Of a stretch of DNA of 64,000 bases, positions 56,818 to 64,000 are shown piece after piece; position 1 is the stretch's first letter; each line of letters begins with the position of its first letter. A program made the translations under genes and the position numbers. Source of the stretch: an uncultured Cuneatibacter sp. (GTDB lineage: Bacteria; Bacillota; Clostridia; Lachnospirales; Lachnospiraceae); the NCBI GenBank assembly GCA_964426655.1, contig CAYRQT010000004.1, forward strand, positions 37,047 through 101,046. Direction: 5' to 3'. The notes under the pieces are model-generated. The model was not told the origin of the DNA. It did no database searches and saw only the letters and a list, made by a program, of their open reading frames with translations.

Positions 56818-59800
56818 ATGCCGGAAAACAATAACGAAACCTATCAACCCATGACCTTCGATGCCATACAGATCAGTCTGGCTTCACCGGAAAAAATCCG
56901 TAGCTGGTCCCGGCGTACGCCAGAACCAGCTGATAAAAACAGTAAGGAGTGGCAAAGCTGGTACAATGAAGGGGTTGTCACTAAACCAGAGACCATCAAT
57001 TATCGTACGTTGAAACCAGAACGGGATGGTCTGTTCTGCGAACGCATTTTTGGACCCAGCAAGGACTGGGAATGCCATTGCGGAAAGTACAAAAAAATTC
57101 GCTATAAAGGGGTCATTTGTGACCGCTGTGGCGTGGAAGTTACAAAAGCCAATGTGCGTCGGGAAAGAATGGGGCGTATTGAACTGTCTGCACCCGTTTC
57201 CCATATCTGGTATTTTAAGGGGATTCCCAGCCGGATGGGGCTGGTGCTGGATATTTCCCCCAGGGTCCTGGATAAGGTGCTGTACTTTGCTTCCTATATT
57301 GTTCTGGATCCCGGAAAAACAGACCTGATTGAAAAACAGGTGCTTTCGGAAAAAGAGTACAGAGAGGCCTGTGACAAATATGGCTACACAGCTTTCAGAG
57401 CCCGCATGGGCGCAGAAGCTATCCAGGAACTTTTGAAAAAAATCGACCTGGATAAAGAGGCGGAGAGCCTGAAAAAAGAACTGGAAGATGCTGCGGGGCA
57501 AAAGAGAGCCAGAATCATCAAACGCCTGGAAGTGGTAGAGGCCTTCCGTCTCTCCGGAAATCGCCCGGAATGGATGATCATGGATTGCGTGCCGGTTATT
57601 CCTCCGGATCTGCGTCCCATGGTACAGCTGGACGGAGGTCGCTTTGCTACCTCTGATTTAAATGACCTGTACAGAAGAATCATCAACAGAAATAATCGTC
57701 TGGCCCGCCTGCTGGAGCTTGGAGCGCCGGAAATCATTATCAGGAATGAAAAAAGAATGCTGCAGGAAGCAGTGGATGCCTTGATTGACAATGGTCGCCG
57801 GGGGCGTCCGGTTACCGGACCGGGAAACAGAACCCTGAAATCTCTTTCCGATATGCTGAAGGGGAAACAGGGCCGGTTCCGTCAGAACCTGCTGGGGAAA
57901 CGTGTGGATTATTCAGGACGTTCCGTAATTGTAGTAGGCCCTGAGTTGAAAATTTACCAGTGTGGACTTCCCAAGGAAATGGCCATCGAGCTGTTCAAGC
58001 CCTTTGTTATGAAGGAACTGGCCAAGAGCGGTGTAGCCCACAATGTAAAAAGTGCAAAGAAGATGGTGGAACGTCTGCAGCCGGAGGTTTGGGACGTGCT
58101 GGAGGATGTCATCAAAGAGCATCCTGTTATGCTGAACCGTGCCCCTACACTGCACCGCCTGGGTATTCAGGCCTTTGAGCCCATCCTTGTAGAAGGAAAG
58201 GCCATTAAGCTGCATCCCCTGGTTTGCACGGCATATAATGCCGATTTTGATGGCGACCAGATGGCGGTCCATTTGCCTTTGTCTGTGGAGGCACAGGCAG
58301 AATGCCGTTTCCTTTTGCTGTCTCCGAATAATTTGCTTAAGCCTTCCGATGGTGCACCCGTGGCAGTGCCCTCTCAGGATATGGTTCTGGGTATTTACTA
58401 TCTGACCCAGGAAAGAGAAGGCGTTAAAGGAACCGGGAAGTTTTTCAAGAGCGTTGACGAGGCAATAATGGCTTATGAAAATGGGGTCATTACACTTCAC
58501 TCTCGTATTCATGTTCGGGTCAGCAAAGTGCTGGCTGACGGGCAGATGCACACGGAAACCATAGAATCCACAATGGGAAGATTTATTTTTAACGAAATCC
58601 TGCCCCAGGATCTGGGATTTGTGGACAGAAGTGTGCCGGGCAACGAGCTGAAACTGGAGGTGGATTTCCATGTGGGAAAGAAAGGCCTAAAGCAGATTCT
58701 TGAGAAGGTCATAAACACCCATGGGGCTACTCGTACTGCAGAGGTGCTGGATGCCATAAAGGCTATGGGGTATAAATATTCCACCAGAGCCGCCATGACG
58801 GTTTCCGTCAGTGATATGACTGTTCCGGCCCAGAAAAAGCAGATGATTGCTGACGCAGAAAAAGCAGTGGATGCAGTGGCAAGAGATTATCGCCGTGGGC
58901 TGTGCTCGGAAGAAGAGCGATATAAACAGGTCGTGGAAATCTGGAAAGATACGGATGATGCTCTTACAAAGGCTCTCCTTGACGGGTTGGATAAATACAA
59001 TAACATATATATGATGGCAGATTCCGGGGCCCGTGGTTCCGACAAGCAGATCAAACAGCTGGCCGGTATGCGTGGATTGATGGCTAATACATCAGGTCAT
59101 ACCATTGAATTGCCCATCAAGTCTAACTTCCGTGAAGGACTGGATGTACTGGAATACTTCATTTCGGCACACGGTGCCCGCAAGGGACTTTCCGATACGG
59201 CTCTGCGTACCGCAGACTCTGGTTATCTGACCAGAAGACTGGTGGATGTTTCACAGGATCTGATTATTCGGGATGTGGACTGTTCTGCAGAACGTCTGGA
59301 TGATAATGGAGAAATTGACATTCCTTTCATGGAAATAAAAGCATTTACAGACGGTGCCGAGGAAATTGAAAGCCTGCAGGAGCGTATAACCGGACGATTC
59401 ATAGCGGAAACCATTGTGGATCCGGACACAGGTGAAGTCATTGTCAAAAGAAATCATATGGTTACGCCCCGGCGTGCTGCTGGCGTTATGAAAGTGCTGG
59501 AGAAGCAGGGAAGAAATTCTGTGAAGATACGTACGATTCTGAGCTGCCGTTCTCATGTGGGTGTTTGCGCAAAGTGCTACGGATCCAACATGGCCACAGG
59601 TCAGGCAGTACAGGTGGGCGAGGCAGTCGGCATCATTGCGGCCCAGTCTATCGGTGAACCCGGTACACAGCTGACCATGCGAACCTTCCATACCGGTGGT
59701 GTGGCTGGTGGAGACATCACACAGGGTCTTCCCCGTGTGGAGGAACTTTTTGAAGCCAGAAAACCTAAAGGCCTGGCCATCATTGCCGAATTTGCAGGTG

Positions 59801-60633
59801 TGGCCAACATTAAAGATACAAAGAAAAAGCGGGAAATCGTTATCACAGATTCGGAGACCGGCAATTCCAAAACCTATCTGATCCCCTATGGATCGCGCAT
59901 TAAGGTGCAGGACAATCAGGTGCTGGAGGCTGGAGATGAGCTGACAGAGGGTAGTGTGAATCCACATGATATTCTGAAAATCAAAGGTACCCGGGCGGTA
60001 CAGGATTACATGATTCAGGAAGTGCAGCGGGTATACAGGCTGCAGGGTGTGGAAATCAATGATAAGCATATTGAAGTGATTGTGCGGCAGATGCTGAAAA
60101 AGATCCGGGTGGAAGAAGGCGGAGACAGCGGATACCTGCCAGGCATTACCATGGATGTACTGGAATTTGATGAAACCAATGAGAGACTTGTGAAAGAGGG
60201 AAAGATACCGGCAGAAGGTAAGCGTATTATGCTGGGAATCACAAAAGCATCATTAGCAACAAACTCTTTCCTGTCGGCAGCTTCTTTCCAGGAAACAACA
60301 AAAGTTCTGACGGAAGCGGCCATAAACGGCAAAATCGACCCGCTGATCGGGTTGAAGGAAAATGTAATTATTGGAAAGCTTATTCCTGCAGGAACTGGTA
60401 TGAAACGTTACAGAAGCGTACGTCTTTCTACGGATGCTCAAGCCATGGAGCAGGCTAAAGAAGCCACCAACGATGAGCATGTAAGGTATCTGGCGGATGA
60501 GGATCTGCCTGAAGACGATGAAATTCTGTTCGATGAAGAGTTAGAAGAAACCGAAGATGGTGCACCGGCCATGGATTTATCGGATATGAAATTTGTCTAT
60601 GCCAATGACAGCAAAAAAAAGGAAGAAGAATGA
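56818..60633 (+). CDS. rpoC: DNA-directed RNA polymerase beta' subunit
   Basis: ATG 56818 lies 8 nt after GGGAG. Zinc motif CHCGKY..C..CGVEV, catalytic NADFDGD, trigger loop and the rest conserved. Carries an N-terminal 18-aa insertion (see finding). Confidence 0.97.
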   Translation: MPENNNETYQPMTFDAIQISLASPEKIRSWSRRTPEPADKNSKEWQSWYNEGVVTKPETINYRTLKPERDGLFCERIFGPSKDWECHCGKYKKIRYKGVICDRCGVEVTKANVRRERMGRIELSAPVSHIWYFKGIPSRMGLVLDISPRVLDKVLYFASYIVLDPGKTDLIEKQVLSEKEYREACDKYGYTAFRARMGAEAIQELLKKIDLDKEAESLKKELEDAAGQKRARIIKRLEVVEAFRLSGNRPEWMIMDCVPVIPPDLRPMVQLDGGRFATSDLNDLYRRIINRNNRLARLLELGAPEIIIRNEKRMLQEAVDALIDNGRRGRPVTGPGNRTLKSLSDMLKGKQGRFRQNLLGKRVDYSGRSVIVVGPELKIYQCGLPKEMAIELFKPFVMKELAKSGVAHNVKSAKKMVERLQPEVWDVLEDVIKEHPVMLNRAPTLHRLGIQAFEPILVEGKAIKLHPLVCTAYNADFDGDQMAVHLPLSVEAQAECRFLLLSPNNLLKPSDGAPVAVPSQDMVLGIYYLTQEREGVKGTGKFFKSVDEAIMAYENGVITLHSRIHVRVSKVLADGQMHTETIESTMGRFIFNEILPQDLGFVDRSVPGNELKLEVDFHVGKKGLKQILEKVINTHGATRTAEVLDAIKAMGYKYSTRAAMTVSVSDMTVPAQKKQMIADAEKAVDAVARDYRRGLCSEEERYKQVVEIWKDTDDALTKALLDGLDKYNNIYMMADSGARGSDKQIKQLAGMRGLMANTSGHTIELPIKSNFREGLDVLEYFISAHGARKGLSDTALRTADSGYLTRRLVDVSQDLIIRDVDCSAERLDDNGEIDIPFMEIKAFTDGAEEIESLQERITGRFIAETIVDPDTGEVIVKRNHMVTPRRAAGVMKVLEKQGRNSVKIRTILSCRSHVGVCAKCYGSNMATGQAVQVGEAVGIIAAQSIGEPGTQLTMRTFHTGGVAGGDITQGLPRVEELFEARKPKGLAIIAEFAGVANIKDTKKKREIVITDSETGNSKTYLIPYGSRIKVQDNQVLEAGDELTEGSVNPHDILKIKGTRAVQDYMIQEVQRVYRLQGVEINDKHIEVIVRQMLKKIRVEEGGDSGYLPGITMDVLEFDETNERLVKEGKIPAEGKRIMLGITKASLATNSFLSAASFQETTKVLTEAAINGKIDPLIGLKENVIIGKLIPAGTGMKRYRSVRLSTDAQAMEQAKEATNDEHVRYLADEDLPEDDEILFDEELEETEDGAPAMDLSDMKFVYANDSKKKEEE

Positions 60634-60643
60634 TTTTCTTAAA

Positions 60644-60673
60644 GCGGGCAGGTGTTTGAAAACCCTGCCCGTC
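60644..60673 (+). terminator. Hairpin after rpoC with a moderate T tract
   Basis: CGGGCAGG ... CCTGCCCG followed by TCCACTTTCATTT. Confidence 0.5.
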
Positions 60674-60701
60674 CACTTTCATTTATTTATCATATTATTT
60701 C

Positions 60702-60730
60702 TTGACAACTATCATATGCATGGATATAAT
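60702..60730 (+). promoter_or_regulatory. Consensus sigma-A promoter of the str (rpsL-rpsG-fusA) operon
   Basis: TTGACA (60702-60707), 17 nt, TATAAT (60725-60730), with an AT-rich UP-like tract upstream. Confidence 0.7.
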
Positions 60731-60836
60731 GATAGGGCATGCGTGCAGACTGCGTTTTTTTTGCGTGGAAAAGAGTACAACCGGCTCGGACGTATGCATC
60801 AGGATGTTAGAAAAAACTTACAGGAGGTGAATTTGA

Positions 60837-61259
60837 ATGCCTACATTTAATCAGTTGGTAAGAAAAGGCAGACAGACGAGTGAGAAGAAAAGCACAGCAC
60901 CTGCTTTGCAAAAGGGATATAACTCTCTTCACAAAAAGCAGACAGATGTAAGCTCTCCTCAGAAGAGAGGGGTTTGTACAGCTGTTAAAACTGCAACTCC
61001 CAAGAAGCCTAACTCAGCGCTTAGAAAAATCGCCAGAGTTCGTCTTTCCAATGGTATTGAAGTAACAAGCTATATCCCCGGCGAAGGACATAATCTGCAG
61101 GAGCATAGCGTTGTTTTGATCCGTGGCGGTCGTGTTAAAGACTTACCCGGTACAAGATACCATATTATCAGAGGTACACTGGATACCGCTGGTGTTGCAA
61201 AGCGAAGACAGGGCCGTTCCAAGTATGGCGCTAAGAGACCTAAAGAAGCGAAGAAATAA
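60837..61259 (+). CDS. rpsL: 30S ribosomal protein S12
   Basis: [12 protein letters not shown]..., [23 protein letters not shown]-type motif. Confidence 0.97.
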   Translation: MPTFNQLVRKGRQTSEKKSTAPALQKGYNSLHKKQTDVSSPQKRGVCTAVKTATPKKPNSALRKIARVRLSNGIEVTSYIPGEGHNLQEHSVVLIRGGRVKDLPGTRYHIIRGTLDTAGVAKRRQGRSKYGAKRPKEAKK

Positions 61260-61491
61260 GAGACCAATTATTATTGCGTCTTCACAAAGTGAGAACTTCA
61301 CATCGTGAAGAAGTGCCGGCATTCGAACGAATAACCTCTTGACGGTTGCAAGATAAATGACAGGGTTATAGAGACAAGAACCGCGCACGTACACATGACA
61401 GAGAGAGTGAAAAACCCTCTTCATGATAACTTGTGAGTACCGATGATATAATTATGCTTATCTCCTTCAGCAGCAGCTGGATGGCAGGTGA

Positions 61492-61986
<495 letters not shown>

Positions 61987-62026
61987 GGTTAGCCGAAGCG
62001 AAAGCAGAAAAAGGAGGAGAATACCT

Positions 62027-64000
62027 TGGCTGGTAGAGAATATCCGTTGGAAAGAACCCGGAATATTGGAATCATGGCCCATATCGATGCTGGTAAGACC
62101 ACATTGACTGAGCGAATCCTGTATTATACCGGCGTTAACTATAAGATCGGTGATACTCATGAAGGCACTGCTACCATGGACTGGATGGAGCAGGAACAGG
62201 AAAGAGGAATTACCATTACTTCCGCTGCAACAACCTGCCACTGGACACTGGAGAAGGAGACCAAGCCTGCTCCTGACGCACTGGAAAACCGTATCAATAT
62301 TATCGATACACCCGGACACGTAGACTTCACTGTAGAAGTGGAGCGTTCCCTGCGTGTACTGGACAGTGCCGTAGGTGTGTTCTGTGCAAAGGGCGGCGTG
62401 GAGCCTCAGTCTGAGAATGTATGGCGTCAGGCTGACAAATACAATGTACCCCGTATTGCGTTCATCAATAAAATGGACATTCTGGGGGCAAACTTTTATC
62501 GTGCTGTAGATATGATCAAAACACGTCTTGGCCATAATGCAGTGCCTATTCAGCTTCCTATAGGTAAAGAAGATGAATTTAAGGGCATCATCGACCTGTT
62601 TGAGATGCAGGCTTACATCTATAACGATGAGAAGGGCGAGGACATCTCCATTGTTCCTATTCCGGATGACATGAAAGATGAAGCGGATGAATACCGTCTG
62701 AACCTGGTAGAGTCCATCTGCGAGACAGATGATGATCTGATGGAAAAGTATCTGGAAGGAGATGAGCCTACCAACGAAGAGCTGAAAACAGCCCTTCGCA
62801 AGGCGGCCATTGCTGTTCAGATCATTCCGGTATGTTGTGGTACAGCATATCGTAACAAAGGTGTTCAGAAATTACTGGATGCCATTATTGAGTTTATGCC
62901 TGCCCCTACGGACATTCCTTCTATTAAAGGTGTGGATGAGGATGGCAATGAAGTGGAAAGACATTCTTCTGACGATGAACCTTTCGCAGCATTGGCTTTC
63001 AAGATCATGAGCGATCCTTTTGTAGGGAAACTGGCATTCTTCCGTGTGTATTCGGGTACATTGAACTCCGGTTCTTATGTGCTGAATGCCACAAAGAACA
63101 AAAAAGAACGCGTTGGACGTATTCTGCAGATGCATGCCAATAAGCGGCAGGAGCTGGACAAGGTATATTCCGGTGACATTGCAGCTGCGGTTGGGTTCAA
63201 GCTGACTACTACGGGGGATACCATTTGCGATGAGCAGCATCCGGTTATACTGGAATCCATGGAGTTCCCTGAACCCGTAATTGATATTGCCATTGAACCT
63301 AAAACGAAAGTCGGACAGCAGAAGATGGGCGAGGCTTTGGCCAAGCTGGCAGAGGAAGATCCTACCTTCCGTGTACACACCGATCAGGAAACGGGACAGA
63401 CCATTATTTCCGGTATGGGCGAGCTCCATTTGGAAATTATTGTGGATCGTCTGCTTCGGGAGTTTAAGGTAGAGGCCAATGTGGGTGCTCCTCAGGTTGC
63501 TTACAAGGAAACCTTTACCAAAGCGGTGGACGTGGACAGCAAGTACGCAAAGCAGTCCGGTGGACGCGGTCAGTATGGACACTGTAAGGTGAAATTCGAG
63601 CCCATGGATGCCAATGCGGAGAAGACCTTTGAATTTAATTCCACAGTTGTGGGTGGTGCTATTCCCAAGGAATATATTCCTGCGGTTGGTGCCGGTATCG
63701 AAGAAGCAACAAAAGCCGGTATCTTGGGTGGATTCCCTGTACTGGGTATCCGGGCCACCGTGTACGATGGTTCCTATCATGAAGTGGATTCCAGTGAAAT
63801 GGCCTTTAAGATTGCCGGATCCCTGGCCTTCAAGGAAGCGATGCAGAAGGCCGGCGCACAGCTTTTGGAACCCATCATGAAGGTGGAAGTGACCACTCCG
63901 GAAGAATACATGGGAGATGTTATTGGTGACATCAACTCTCGTCGTGGACGAATTGAAGGAATGGAAGACGTTGGCGGCGGCAAGATGATTAAGGGTTATG
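62027..64000 (+). CDS. fusA: Elongation factor G, 3' end outside the window
   Basis: TTG 62027 lies 7 nt after [44 protein letters not shown], and later [30 protein letters not shown]. The frame stays open to the window end, so it is absent from the ORF track. Confidence 0.95.

Overview
Dense chromosomal segment of a mid-GC Firmicute, Clostridia and probably Lachnospiraceae/Ruminococcus-like. That placement rests only on gene content: dockerin/cohesin modules, a YesMN-type sensor, an ECF S-component, an ANTAR regulator and clostridial-style rpoBC. About 56 protein genes are supported; no rRNA, tRNA or CRISPR array was seen. Gene order: (1) a three-component sugar sensor (AraC-type response regulator, YesM-type kinase, solute-binding lipoprotein) followed by an mglBAC-type ABC importer and a micro-ORF; (2) an accessory-looking surface block with a cohesin-like membrane anchor, a dockerin- and cohesin-bearing purple-acid-phosphatase-like enzyme, a YibE/F membrane protein, a membrane glycerophosphodiester phosphodiesterase and a GtrA pseudogene; (3) metNIQ fused into one unit with an FAD-linked oxidase and a YbdL-like aminotransferase; (4) an HPr-like protein, a pdxK plus ECF-S vitamin B6 module, DegV and PanE; (5) a gpx-gpx-trxA-ohrR peroxide operon; (6) a glutamine-centred cluster (GS type III, GS type I, pseudo-receiver ANTAR regulator, purF, pyrG); (7) a HAD phosphatase, a flavodiiron protein and fba; (8) two tandem class-B sortases, a tail-anchored zinc-ribbon protein, a TPM-domain lipoprotein, ppiB and a GNAT; (9) orphan membrane proteins, a decayed IS91-family transposase and an AI-2E transporter; (10) ispE, a GntR regulator, ddl, a DUF1934 protein, then rpoB-rpoC-rpsL-rpsG-fusA, which runs off the 3' end. 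I recognise no canonical defence, prophage or secondary-metabolite system. The most interesting candidates are the cohesin/dockerin-displayed phosphatase with Pho-box-like repeats, the metNIQ-oxidase-aminotransferase unit, the GS/ANTAR pseudo-receiver cluster, the orphan twin sortases with the zinc-ribbon/TPM pair, and a 54-nt in-frame insertion in rpoC. All functional calls come from reading motifs in the translations; no database search was run.
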